Assembly: GCA_038496445.1 (NCBI GenBank) | Contig: JALMLS010000421.1 | Span: 166,424-230,423 of the forward strand | From: Trichosphaerium sp. ATCC 40318 | Taxonomy: Eukaryota > Protista > Tubulinea | DNA: 64,000 nucleotides | Reading direction: 5' to 3' | Part shown: piece by piece, positions 13,213-26,807 of the stretch | How positions within the stretch are numbered: the stretch's first letter is position 1 | Layout: the number at the start of each line of letters is the position of its first letter | Made by a program: the position numbers and the translations under genes | Notes under the pieces: generated by a model | What the model was told of the DNA's origin: nothing | What the model saw: the letters and a program-made list of their open reading frames with translations, nothing else | Databases searched by the model: none

Positions 13213-16200
13213 ATGGACGTTACAAAAGATAATTTTAAGGAAGTCTTACCTAAAATAATACAAGCGATAGATGAATGCGATTTCGTTGCTATTGACTTGG
13301 AGTTTACTGGTCTTACTTGTAATCCTACAGATCGCCCTAATCCCTTTGAATCAATACAAAGCATACTAAGACGTCTCAGAGAAGCAGTTTCAGCATTTGT
13401 ACTAGGGTATAAACCTCAAAACGTCTTATTCAGTGCCTAGTTCCCTACACAGCTTGGTTTATGTACTTTTAAATGGAACGACGCGACAGAGAGGTTCGTA
13501 ACAGCAAACTATGAAAAATCCGTTATAAAATGCTTGTGTAGCTACACAGCGCGTCCTTTCAACATATACGTGTTTCCAAGGCAATATAAGAAAGAAGGCG
13601 ACAGATTTATGTCATGCACCTCCAGCACAGTTGAATTCCTCTCTAGGCATAAATTTGACTTCAACAAGTGCTTTGCCGAAGGTACGGTACAAGAATACGC
13701 TCGTTTCTTGGATATTTTCTGTATTATCGCATGATTCGTCAATAACACATTCATATAGGTGTATCCTACATGAACGAGACTCAAGCAAAAGATTTACGTC
13801 GTATAATGGCTGACAAGTTGAAAAAATCGCATAGAAATCAAAAACCGGCTACTTTCGGTGGTAGCGATGCAGAGTTTATAAACGACGCTATGTACGTTAT
13901 AATTAACCCCTATGCTTGTCACAACATGTCAAACAGTTGATTTTTGAACCACGTGTACTAACTGTGAGATAAAAGAGAAAAAGTCCAAAAATGGATGGAA
14001 ACAAGTGATGAAAAAACGTTAGTTCTTGACCCTTGTAATGGATTCAGACGATTGTTACTTCACCAAGAGCTTAAATTACAGTAAGCTTATTATATACACT
14101 CATTTTTATATACTTTACTGATGTTGTTTGCTCGTAGGTTCAAAGATATTGATACATCTTCACAAAATACAGGAAGAATAAGTTCAGTTGTTGTTACAAA
14201 GGTTACTGAGGAAGACAGGAAAGCTATAGCAATCAAAAAGGAGGAAGATCGTAGACAAAAATATAATGACCATCTAGGCGTTTCTTCTGTACGTTTGATA
14301 GACACCCTTTAGGTCTTACAAAAAGAGGTTCGGGGTGAAGTTTGTTTATTGGTTTTTTAGGTCATAAACCACTTGAGACAAACTAAAAAGCCTGTTATCG
14401 GACATAATATGTTATTCGATATGTGTTACATTTACCATCACTTTTGTAATTATATGCCTCGTGATGAAGAACAATTTCGATCTACTCTTCACACGATGTT
14501 TCCTACGTGCGTTTTAAGATTTAGTCTTTTTTTTTTTATGCTATCATTTCTCTTGGTTTTTTTTGTGATTAGTATGATGACTACCATAGATTTTTCACTT
14601 TTTATAGACGCGCTTATACCCTGTTAATATTTGTATTAGGTTATTTGATACGAAGTATCTAGCTGAGAACAAGTTTAAGGTTTGTTTAAGCTTTTGCTTT
14701 TTTTTTCTCTGAATTGCAAATATATCTGTTTTCTACATACTTACGCATGCCTTAGGATTTGACACTCAGTAGTACAGTTCTTGAAGAACTCTACAAAGAT
14801 GTACAAAATAGTCCTTTTAAACAGGAGAGTATTGGTACGTTGTTTGCTCATTTTTCATTTCAAAAAAAAAAGCCAACTCAACAATTCACATACCTTGTTG
14901 CTTATTGTACTATTAAAAGTGCTTGATCCTGAGTTTAAGAAATACTCTTTGACTGAAGATACTGGAGTATATCATGAAGCTGGATATGACGCGTTAGTAA
15001 CTGGATTTGTATTCAGCAGATTTTTTCGCCATTTAAATGGTACTCTACTTTTGGAAAAAACCAAACTCTACATTGTGATGCTCCCTTGCTTTTTTAACCT
15101 TGATTATAGGTGACCTTAACAACTTACCAAAATCTTCTGATGTTAATACCATAAATCTGATGAATTATGATGTACCTTTTGTACTTGGTAGGAAGCAACG
15201 TACGTCAAGGTTTGACCTTAAAAAGGTTTTTTTAAAAAAACCATTTTTACATGGGTGATTTAATTCTTATTTCACTATGATCCCATGAGCGCAACACCCT
15301 AAATAATTACTTCACATTTGGTTGTTTTGTAGGATTTTCAAATGTCGTGCAAGCCGTTTTTCTGGCTTAACCAAAAAAAAAAAGGCTTTTGTTAAGTTGG
15401 TTTTTTTATCTAGCTACTGTTGATAGATTCCGGTATTTCTTCCTACCTGATTTGCCCTCTAATACTAAAGCAACAAAAATACGTACTTTGTTCAAAGGTT
15501 ATGGTACACGGATACAAATAAGATGGATTAATAAGACGTCTTGTTTCGTTAAAATATCAGAGTACGTTAACAAAATTCCTCAAAAAAACCTCGCCACACA
15601 GTGCATGAATACTTTATTGAAATATTTTATTATTTATTTCTGTTTGTAACTACAAGGAATACTTGTACGAGAATTTTAAGCAGTTTGCATAAACTAGAAT
15701 AGTAGAACAACGCAAAGCAAGAAAAAATTACGAAAACACTAATCCAACAATGTAGTTATGAGTTTAAAAGAGAACATCGTGATAAAATTTTAACTATGCC
15801 TTCTCGTTTCACTATATTACCATTCAGCGATGGTCCAACAGATTTTGGTGAAGATAAGACAAGCAAAAGTATGTTACCTTGCACCTCAAAACATTTCTCA
15901 TTTTTTTCCTCTTTATTTTTTATTCGCCTAGTTTTCGGTTGAAAATTTGTGCTTTTGCCATAACATACCATGCTATGAAACATTTAATGCCTTCATTAAT
16001 ACTTACTTATTTTTCATATTCGAACGGTAAAATTCAGCACATTTTTCACTGTAACTGCGTGAGCGGCAAATGAAGCAACTTTTCTTAACTTTATTTTCAT
16101 TGTAATCTGAGTGTTTATTGTAGATGACGACAATTTGACGACCCCTCTTGTTATAGTTACAGGCATTAGTATGTTTATACTTGGTGGTATTACATTCTAC

Positions 16201-16272
16201 ATTGCAGCAATATTAACTGGATCTCAAAAACCACCCAAAATGCCGTCAATGAACAGTTTTAGAGCGGTGTAA
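13213..16272 (+). CDS. PARN: Poly(A)-specific ribonuclease family deadenylase (CAF1/DEDD + R3H + RRM) with a C-terminal transmembrane helix
   Basis: MDVTKDNF..DFVAIDLEFTGL, FLSRHKFDFNKCF.EG, R3H-like LDPCNGFRRLLLHQEL, VIGHNMLFD, FDTKYL, HEAGYDALVTG and RRM-like IQIRWINKTSCFV. The last exon (16124-16272) encodes PLVIVTGISMFILGGITFYIAAIL. Confidence 0.9.
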
Positions 16273-16317
16273 AAAACAATGATTTAGTTTGTTTACAGTT
16301 GGTGTTTCTCATGTTTC

Positions 16318-19300
16318 TTAGAACCTTTTCGTGAAAATGTCTACATTATCACTCCTTTCTGTAGTTACCTTTGAATGTGAAATACGTGATCTTGAAAGAG
16401 CACGTTTAATCTTTGTTCTTGTGCTTGTTCTTAGGATTTGTGCAGTTTGATTTGAGATTTTCTTTGCTTGGTTTATGTACATTTCAATGTTTATGACAAA
16501 CAAACCAGAAGAAATTGTAGTATTCATATTCTTCTTTGATTGTTCAGGTACATGCAAGAGTATAAAAGCGTTTGTTTTGCTCACTTGCAATGATACTGGT
16601 ATACCGTTAAGGTTTACATACTTTAAAGGAGAAGAAGGATTGTCAAGTGACCAAATACAAGCAACTCTGTTCTTGTACGTCCTATGTTTAGTGAGATACA
16701 AAACATAACATGAGTAAACGTACGATATGATGATAGAATCTGCAATGAACTTAATGCTGTTTACCTTAAACTCGAACGTACCGAATAGGAGTGCTATGGC
16801 TATTGGGGAATGAGTTTCTAAAGTAAGAAATACAATGTACCGGTTGCTTTTGGACTGGGAGGTGTTGTTGAAGTGGTCGAGTGTTTCTTTGGATCTGGTT
16901 GGGTTAAAGTAGTTATCTCAGATCCTGTGTTTGCATCTAAGATAAGAACTACTCCATGTTGCGTGCCTAAAGACAATAAGTGTACAAACTTCAAAAAAAA
17001 AAAGCTTTACCAATAGCTACATATTCATTTGTCAAACAAAGTGCTGTAAGTGTATCATCTCCAGTTGTTTTCTTATATCTCATTGTCCCGTCTATATTAT
17101 ATAATATCAAGCTACTTTGTTGTGTGATAGCAATAGAAGATGATGACATTGCAGTAAATGTGATTGCCTGCATTTGCTTAACATATTTCTAATAAAAAAT
17201 AAGAAACAGAAACAACTAAATATAAACCCTCTACCGAAAGTATGAGTCTTCCAGTGTTCAAATCGAATAGCCTATACATTAAAGCATTACAAAGAAACAC
17301 GTGGGTATCATTTATAAGTGATAATGATGATGAAGGATTATAACTAGACACTAAGGAAAAAAGGTAAGATTTCGTTTGGTTGTTTTGTAGCGTACATGAA
17401 TCTTTGAGTAAGTGTTGAGTTCCTACTGTCCTACAGCAGATGTACAAATCACCTTTAACAACAAGAGCAATTTTAGATGATCCTATGAGTACTTGAGATA
17501 GCATATCTTTATCATCAAGATGAGTGGTGATCACGTTATTGTTCAAGATTGAATACAGTTTGAAACTTGTTTGTGATTTGAATATGACATAAGGAAAGGA
17601 AAATGATGGTATTCGAAATCAGAAGGAAAGTCTACTTTAAACGTCTTGCATGTTACAACATCATAATGATAGAATGAACCTATATTATAGTAAGAGCACA
17701 AATAATACGAGCAACGCGATCAGCAAATACAGAAGGGATGAGACTTTTTTAGGATACATGAAAGATATGCATACCAGTGTTACTATACGTTACAATGATG
17801 TTACCAACATCAACTAGAATAGTTCTCTTGTAGGAATAAAACCTTTGACCAAGAATAGAAGGCAAGTTAAACTTGTGGTACGTATAATCTCGTGTTCTAC
17901 CAAAAAACATAAGCAAACGTTTGGTGCACAAACAAACCAACATACTCAAGAATCTTGCTCCATTCTTTGCACTCAGACTGAGGTTTCTCTAGTGGAAGGT
18001 GTGGAAGAATAGGTGAATTAATAAGTTGACTTTTAAGCTTTTTATTTGGAGCTAGTTCCCTACAACAACTCATTAATGGAAAACAAAGGTATTAGGTGAA
18101 TTGTAACGCACAGAGGTAGGAAGTATATGAATCGGTAGTAAAGATAGCTATCTTCAAATCTTTTACCGTTGTATGTCACGTGATCTATGATACCCATTTC
18201 TTGAATTTCACGTGCCCATGCAATAGCCTAATCATAAAAGTTTCAGAATATTTAAAACTGAAGTACTGCTCGTCTCACAAATGATTCAGCTATATGATCA
18301 AGTCTGTACGGTATTCATACGTACTTCTACACGTGTTTGAAGTCTCAGATTATTAACAAGCCAAGTAATTAATTCACTTGCTACAAAGCAATCCTTGTAC
18401 TTTTTAAGCCTCCATGTACGATCTTTCACCGTAATTCCTTTTATTCAAATAAGCATATAAATATCTCTTATTCGAAACATACCATGATCTACTGTTTGAA
18501 GCAGAGTAACTGCATCTTTTAGTTCTTTAATTTTATCTCTTTCCTTCTCTGGCATTGACTTTCCACGAAGTGCTTTTTGAGATTCTTTAGATATGAATGT
18601 ATAAAACAACTCCCTTTGTTGATGTTAATAGTTGTAACAAGGATCAAAATAACTAACCTATTTTGAAACAGTTGAGTACCAGCGAGATGTACAATGTAGC
18701 CCTTGTGCATAAGCACATGGCCGAAATACGTTGCTGTTTCCTCATCCCATCCTATTTTATTTTAATTTGTAATTCTCAACGACAGTCAACAGTATCTCTT
18801 GCGAAATGAAACATTGCATAGTCGTTGTTATTCTTTTGTACCTTTATATTGTTTTAACCAATTGACAAACTCTGTACCAAGCCAGCAGTTTTCATAAGTA
18901 CGGAAACCGTATGTCCTTGTTAAAAACAAGTAAGGTTGTTTTCGTATCAACAATTTAACGCAGCTTCTATACTTACCTTGTCATGATGGTCAAAGGATTT
19001 TTTCCTTTTTGACATGCTTTGATTATTGATTCGAAGTTCCAAGATTGGTACTCATCAAAATTCTCTCTTATATTCGCAGTGACTTTATTAAATCTGTAGA
19101 AAAGAAGAGCATCTAAAAAAACAAAATTAAAAAGGCTAATAGTCACTATCTCAACGATGTCACAGATTTGTGTTATTTCCTGAATTCCTGCTGTCGGTTT
19201 AAACAATTTCCAGAGTGGCGGATAGAGCAGAGGTACCATATGGTGGATAGCGATAGGGAGGAGCGTGAATAAAAAAACTATACCTTTAAATGAATGCGCA

Positions 19301-19842
19301 TTAAGCACGTGATCAAAATGTCCATGTTCCATCATGTAGTTCCCAATTAACTCTGCTTGCTCTCTAGAACATGATGGCAAGTTTTTAGTTATCCACGTTA
19401 CCTAGAAATCAATTTAGATATTGTTAAGCACAAGGTAAGAAAAAGAAAAACTGAATAATTCCGCAATACAGCGAACCGTTTTTTTTTGCCGAAACGGCAC
19501 AAAAAATCTGATTAAAAATTGGTTCTAAAGATAGATATTTGCGTTTAAAGCAGCGCGTACTGCTTCATTGCCAATAAAACAGTCTTTGAATTTTTTAAGG
19601 TGGTATTTCCTGTCTAGATTCGATTTTTAGGGTCTATACGCGTTTAAACGTTGATGAATTATGTTTAGGACCTTTAACAATGACGCCATGTTCTTTAGAA
19701 ACCATTTTATCTCCTAATGCTCCTACATCAATACCGAGGAACTGACCGCGTATAGAAGCGCTTTAAAAGCCCGATAACAAGTTAATAACCATCACCCAAA
19801 GAGTAAATCGTACAAATTAGGCTTTCCTCGTAGTTCACACAT
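16318..19842 (-). CDS. Triple-DEP domain + beta-propeller-like protein, copy 1 (1-bp deletion at ~17595)
   Basis: DEP1 KDRKYHLKKFKDCFIGNEAVTWI..REQAELIGNYMMEHGHFDHV..FKD..LFYRF; DEP2 RTYENCWLGTEFVNWL..LMHKGYIVH; DEP3 VKDRTWRLKKYKDCFVASELITWL..RVEAIAWAREIQEMGIIDHV..FEDSYLYYRF. Beta-strand-rich WD40-like blades follow (LTALCLTNEYVAIG..G.VLILD). Confidence 0.8.
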
Positions 19843-20577
19843 TTTCTTGATATTGTGATGCTTCCCAATCGATAATGTACACCAAAACGTATGTCAAGGT
19901 TTCTCAGTGATTGTTTTAATAAGCTGCTTGTGCTTGATCGGCTAAATTCTATAATAAGACTACAATTCTTGATTAGGCAGTTCAATACAAGTCAAGGTTA
20001 TTTTGGTTACCCTTTCTAGTGAATTGTGAACTGTATGCTACCAACAGCAGTTTGTAGAAAATACAAGTTATATAACGTGGAGTTTGCATAAAGCGCAAAA
20101 TTGCGAATGTGCTAAAGATACACTACTAAAAATAGAACAGCAAGACTGATTTGTTTTTGAAATGTTCTAAAAAGAAAATGCTTTCAACTATACAGGATAT
20201 CTAAAACCACGAAAACCAAAAGGATATGACCCTTCTGTATATTGGGATAGTGCTAGAGCTATATTCAGTCTGGTTGAGTATAAGTACCCTGGAGTATGCA
20301 AGCTATCTTGTGTGACCACTTTGTGATTTTTTCAATCAAAAAAGTCACGTGTGGGAAAGAATCGAAGGTATGTTAGACGTGTGATAAGCATTATCTCGTT
20401 TATAAACTTGTGACCCAGCCATTAATCCTGACTGGTTTATTATTGAGGAGTATTGGCTGTGTACGTTCTATTAACATGATTTATTTACATTGTATATTTA
20501 CATTATACAGGGTAGAAACGTTTCATCAAAACATCTCTATTGGCTATGCTTACATGCAAAGCTACTTCTTTGAACTT

Positions 20578-23265
20578 TCAAAGTTGGGATATTGTGGCAC
20601 GTAGAACAGCATTGCTCTCTTGTAGTCTGGTCACAGTTTTTGATTTTCTGATGATATCTTGCTTTAGAGTATTGATACCATGTGATAACCTGGCGTTTGC
20701 CTGTTTTTGGCGATTGATATTTCTTTGTAGGATGAGTTTTAAGTGGGCAATATCTCGTTTATGGTTTGCATTGGCTCGCTGTAAACTCTCACACAGATTC
20801 TTCATTGTCGCATTGCTCTTCTTTAGTTTGGCTAATTCATTTTTAGCTTCTTGTAACTCTAGTTCAAGGTTGACATAATAGGTACTTGATCGTTCATCAC
20901 ATGCAGCCCACAATTTTCTACACAAAAATTAACTCGTTTCTCTGAAGGTTCAAAGAAAGAAGTCTTACCGGTTACTTATTAAATTGTATTCATCATCAGT
21001 AAGATCATCATCAGCGAGTTCTGAAGCTTTCTCTTTTGTAGTGGTTTCATTGTCACCTTTCTTTTTGTTGCCTTTCTTGACCTTTTTTTTTTTGTGTTTT
21101 TTTTTGCTAAGCTCCTTTGGAGCAACTTTCAGAATATAGCGAGCAACAGCTTGATTATCTGATAATATTTAGCTATCACCTTTTTACGTGTTTGGAGTTG
21201 TACCTTGTCCAACAACAAGTTCATCGTACACTGCATTGGCTACTTTATCTTCCGTGACAGGTCTACCTTTGCGATCAACCAATGTGTAATGACTTTGGTA
21301 ACCTGGCTTTATTGGTTGTCCTCTTAACTTGTCGGTTGGTTTTACCTTTTTGTAAATCTTCAATTAGTACACATAGTGATAAAGCGTTGTTTGCGTACAG
21401 GGTATACATTGCCAGGTGTGACAAGACTTAAAATAATTGTTTTTTCTTCAGTTCCTTCAGTATCATATGAACACGCATACTTTATACTCCGCTACAGTGA
21501 AAAAAAAACAAAGTGAATAAATAGCACGTGACGCTCTTTTTTTTCCGTACTGTGAAGTAGATGCCTTGACCATAGTATCCAGCATCTAAAGAACTCACTG
21601 TTCCAAATCCAGTCTTTACAATACTGAATGCTGCTTTTTCTGTTGTTCCGTGAACCATCAATATCACTGGTAGCTAAAAAAGGTAAGCACGGTGAGCAGA
21701 ATACTTTTGATGAACAAGAATACTTACCTCTCCTGAACTGCCTTTATCATTTGTACTTTGATGTTGAGACGGAATCTCATTGTATCTTGTGTAAACGCTC
21801 TCTTTGTACTTCTTATTGACATCTGCTTTCCGATCTTGCTTTTTAAACAGTGTAGGCAGTTTTCTAAAGTGTTTGTTTGATAATATTAAGACGGCTAAAC
21901 GTACTGATGCCTGTACTGTAGTATTTTGTTGGCTAGACCAAAGTTGTCTGACAAGATTTCATTGTAAACAAGTGTCGCTTCAATGATATTGTACTTGTCG
22001 TAGCCATGTAATTTTGACATCTCTTGTTGAAGGATCTCGAATTCTCTGACAGCCACTTTGTCGTTTTTGTCAAGAAGATTCAGCGCTCTGTAGTGTGTTT
22101 CCTTTGTAATTATACCTCTTTTTAACAAATACAATTAGAAGAAAACCATAGAGTGATGTTGAACGCACGTGTTTTTAGATCTGTCCCAACTGTGAGCAAA
22201 ATACAATCGGGGATTTAGATTCCATGCTTTTTCACTTTTTAATCCTTTGATTTTTTAGTACTTGTTAATGTAGTAGCAGTGACTTGTACCTGCACTGCAT
22301 TCGTATTGTAATTCACTCTTTTTGTTCCATGCATCATCGGGCATATCAATCAATACACCAGCCATTAATTCTAGCTTCCAAAACTTCGGGTTCAAAAAGT
22401 ACTGGTAAAAACAGTTAGTTAGCGTGTACAATTTGTGGATATTGTGGGTAGTACTTTAAAGTATGCGGGTCTGTAAATAGAACAAATTAAATAACAAATG
22501 CCTTTTTCCATTGCCAGTTTAAAATAAGAACGTGTTGGCTAAAGGTTGTACGATTAGTAAACTATCGTATCGTGGTAGCGTACCAAGTGTGGAAGCCATT
22601 CTATCAGTTTGTTTTCCAATTCAACCGTTAAGTTTGATGAACAAGATTTCCACAGTGATTGGCATTGTTTACCGCTTGGACAGTATTTCAAGAAAGTAAC
22701 AAACAACAGATAGAGTAGGTATTTGATATCAGTCGTTTAAACAACAAGAAAAGAAAGTCTTGCCACTTTTTTTGGTCTGGTATTATTACTACGAAAAACA
22801 ATTACTAAAAAGTGTTGTAATGTTAAATTGCAAGAGTACCTGAACCAGCATCGTTTCTTTCTGTATCAAGATTTGCATTGGCTTTGTAGAATAGTGGTAA
22901 CATTGTATTGTGTTTTCTTAGCACTAAATAGTAGTGAGCTACGACATGTTGTATCTTGATGTTGATTTACCCGCCCACATCATAGCTGTATTTTTGTATT
23001 TATCAACAGCGTCAATATTTGCTCCAGCTTTGATTAGCATTGATACAATTTCACTGTGTCCTTTGTATGCTAAATAGTGACATGAGCAACCACATGTATC
23101 TTAGACGTTCACATTACCTGCCCAAAGCAAAGCTGTCCTTTCATCTTCATCAACCACCTCTAAATTTGCTCTAGCTGTGATTAACAGTGATACAATTTCT
23201 TTGTGTCCATGTCGTGCTAATAGTAATGTGAACAAATACCCGCCTTGTATTTCGTATTGTCTCAT
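20578..23265 (-). CDS. Ankyrin-repeat + PARP-like (H-Y-E) ADP-ribosyltransferase + C-terminal coiled coil
   Basis: Three ankyrin exons (ARHGHKEIVSLLITARANLEVVDEDERTALLWA etc., 22840-23220), catalytic motifs MVHGT..GYYGQGIYFT..YDELVV, then a Lys-rich linker and a heptad coiled coil. The start is uncertain. Confidence 0.8.
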
Positions 23266-25519
23266 TAAAGTTGTAATTTGTTTTCTAAATGATCTCCGGT
23301 TTTTTTTCGCCTCACTCTTCGGTTACTTAGGTGTCGTAGGTAAAAAACATACAAAGAAACATGTTCAAAATACCGCCTTTGATACTGTGTCACGATGTTG
23401 TAGTAATTTCTCATGTAACAAAGGAAAAATAGATTTTACATTTTCCAAAACAAGCGAAAATTGGCTCTAGCGTTAGATATGCGTGACATACAAAAGTAGA
23501 CCTTGTAAACGCCTTTGCGTTTGTTAAACTGAATTGTTTAAAAGCCATACTACAAAAAATTAAGTCAAAATATGTTTCCTCAAGCGATGGCTATTGTCTG
23601 TTTCACCAATATTTTCTATTTTTCTAGAAAGTGTTTTTAGCACTTTTAGCAGATCTAGCAAGATCTGACGCTTCTGTCAAATGGTATAGATCTATCACAA
23701 TGTGAACCATTTGTGATACAATGTTGTCCTTCATTGTATGACTTAGGTACCTTATGGTAACTGATAGCAAAATTTTACATGTAAGTTTCAACAGACCATG
23801 GAAGATGATCACAGCATTTTACCTACGCAAACTGTACACGATACGATCAAACCACAGAAGTGTTCAATGCGCTAAAAGCGAATTAAAAAGGTATGATGTC
23901 CTACAAAGCTATCGCATTACCACCAAACATGGTATAATGTCTCAAACACTGTTTGCTTTATGTTCTGCTTCAAAAAATAAACGTACGTGTATAACTAGCG
24001 CTACGCTTAGCGCCTACCCCGCGCTAACAACAGCGCTATGGCAGTGTACTAACGTTAAAACCTCCCAAAACACCACCAGTGTTGCTGTAGGCTTTGTAAA
24101 CGCTGCCAAGCGTCAAATGTAATAAAATTTTTTGCTATGGTTTTGTTAAATCACTCGGCTCGAATTGTCAAAAAAACGGCACCCTGGCAATTTCACACAA
24201 CAAAAGTCTCAGTACGCCTACTTACCACTAATTTGTAGATATCTTAAACTCACTCAGTATAGAGCTTTCAACCACTCTATGTATAGAACTATGCATTTTA
24301 AAACATATGAGAGTAGTTTGGATGAAAAAAGCACTTGCTGATTAAAAAAAAGCCAACAACTTTCAGTTGAAAAATCTTCTCTGAAATAAATTGCGGAAAA
24401 TTGGTCCGCCATTTCATGAATTTGTTTTTAAACGGTTTTACCTTCTGTCATTTACAAGATAAACACCAACAGAACATGTAAGCTTACTAGCACTACCTAC
24501 GCTTACCAATAGCACTCTCAGCATCACCAGCGATAAATGCCAGCAATTCATAGACAACAATTCAACATCGTGACACAACACCCATTACTTGCAAACGCCA
24601 GTTGTCTTGAAATGACGCACCTGCATAAATCAAAGCTGTATTTCCAAGCTTATCACGAACATCAATACTTACATTCACACGAAGTAATGATTCAACGCTG
24701 TCACCATAACCATTTTTGACTAGCTATTAATTAGCTGCTGTTTGCTAAGTATTAAAAACCTGCGAAAAACCATGTGAACGTTATAGCTCGTTGAAACATA
24801 GTTCGTCAATTCAACTATACGGGTGTTAAAACGTACAATAACAAAGTGTTAATTACCTGCTAAAGCTGAATTTCTGGCAGTTTTCATGATCTGTTGCGGC
24901 GTTGAAGTTATTTGAAGAAGTGTAAGTTGGTTTATGCCTTAATTTAGATATTTTCTTGTGTTACGATTATCCATTTTGCACAACAGTTAAATCAATACCA
25001 CCACTCGAAGGAAAAAAACTGAACCCTTCTTTTAGCCTTCTAGTTCAGCTGAACTAGAATTCTTGAGTGAGTGTTTATCACGACACAATTCTTGAGCCGT
25101 TTTATTTACAACTGATTTTACATTGGTATTGATTACTACACTTTTAGAATCGTTGTCGAGTCAGGTCAAGTTCGTTCGGGCTTTCTTTTACTACAATACT
25201 AAATCTTTTTTAGTGATTTTTAATAAGGAGAACAGTTCCCATTGTTGATATAGCTACAAAGATGCTACAAAGGATCAATACAGCAAAACAAAAAAGTTAG
25301 GACAATGTTTGTAACTGCTTTTTTTTTTTTCATGTTATTGCTTAACTGTTTTACAAGAACCCCGCGAAAAACTGATGCTCAAGTCATACTAACTTAATAT
25401 TACTTCACATTATCAAAGTACTCCAAGCCGTTATGTCAGAACTACAGAGTCAAGAAAACCAACATTTAGCAGGTGAAAGAATAACGCTTTCATTTTAATC
25501 TTGTTTAACATACCTTAAC

Positions 25520-26340
25520 AGACGAACTTTCCAACAATGTTTCAAGTTACCTTACTAAACTTGCATGGTTCCTAGTAATGCCTTGTAAGCAAACAGCTTT
25601 TTCAAACTAAGCTCGTTCATCAAAAGTATTCTGCTCGCGTGCTTACCTTTTTTTTAGCTACCAGTGATTGATGGCTCACGGAACAACAGAAAAAGCAGCA
25701 TTCAGTATTGTAGAGACTGGATTTGTAACAGTGAGTTCTTTAGATGCTGGATACTATGGTCAAGGCATCTACTTCACAGTACGGAAAAAAAAGAGCGTGT
25801 AGGAAATTGTGGGCTGCCCATGTGGAGCCAACGGGTGATGAACGATAAAGTACCTATTACGTCAATCTTGAACTAGAGTTACAAGAAGCTAAAAATGAGT
25901 TGGCCAGACTACAAGAGCAATGCCGTTCTACGTGCCACAATATCCCAACTTTGAAAGTTCAAAGAAGTAGCTTTGCATGTAAGCATAGCCAATAGAGATG
26001 TTTTGATGAAACGTTTCTACCCTGTATAATGTAGATATACAATGTAAATAAATCATGTTAATAGAACGTACAGCCAATACTCCTCAATAATAAACAGTGT
26101 TTTCCAGTCAGGATTAATGGCTGGTTCACAAGTTTATAAACGAGATAATGCTTATCACACGTCTAACATACCTTCGATTCTCTTCCACACGTGACTTTTT
26201 TGATTGAAAAAATCACAAAGTGGTCACACAAGATAGCTTGCATACTCCAGCGGGTACTTATACTCAACCAGACTGAAAAAATAGCTAGCACTATCCCAAT
26301 GTACAAAAGGGTCATATCCTTTAGGTTTTCGTGTTTTGGA
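25520..26340 (+). pseudogene. Inverted, internally deleted pseudocopy of the ankyrin-ART gene and its 3' flank
   Basis: 25615-25795 matches the reverse complement of 21530-21715 (the HGT..GIYFT exon, with a 2-bp deletion). 25800-26340 matches the reverse complement of 20200-20925, with an in-frame TAA and large deletions. Confidence 0.88.
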
Positions 26341-26807
26341 AGCGTGTTCTTCTGCAGAACTCTTAAGAAAACAATCTGTTTTAATGTTCTATTTTTATCA
26401 AAGCAATGGCAGGAATTCATACTACATGCCAATATAATCAAATGGTAGAATAAAGAGCAATAGGAGTTATGACGAATCATACAAACTCTAACAATCTACC
26501 AATACTATTACTTCACCCTAAAAATTCTTGTCTAGCTTTATACCCCTTAAAACGAGCCAATACAGAGCAATACTACTATTGCCCGCTTAGAATTTTATCT
26601 TACAAAGAAATATCATGCGCCTGCAACAGGCAAATGCCAACTTACTACAAAGTATGTACCCTAAAGCGAGACAATTGTACTCAGCAACAACTTGTAGCTA
26701 TTGCTAACCCAGCAGGTTAATTTGCATATACAGTTGTAAATAAAAGTGTAAACCATGTGCAAAAACTGAAGTTTATTTACGCCAGCATCAAGCTAAAGGC
26801 GACCGCT

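Noticed and set aside
24200-25100. Exon-like fragments on the minus strand (QIHEMADQFSAIYF, VVYELLAFIAGDAESAI)
   Set aside because: They contain in-frame stops and match no family I recognise. This may be a pseudogene but cannot be supported.
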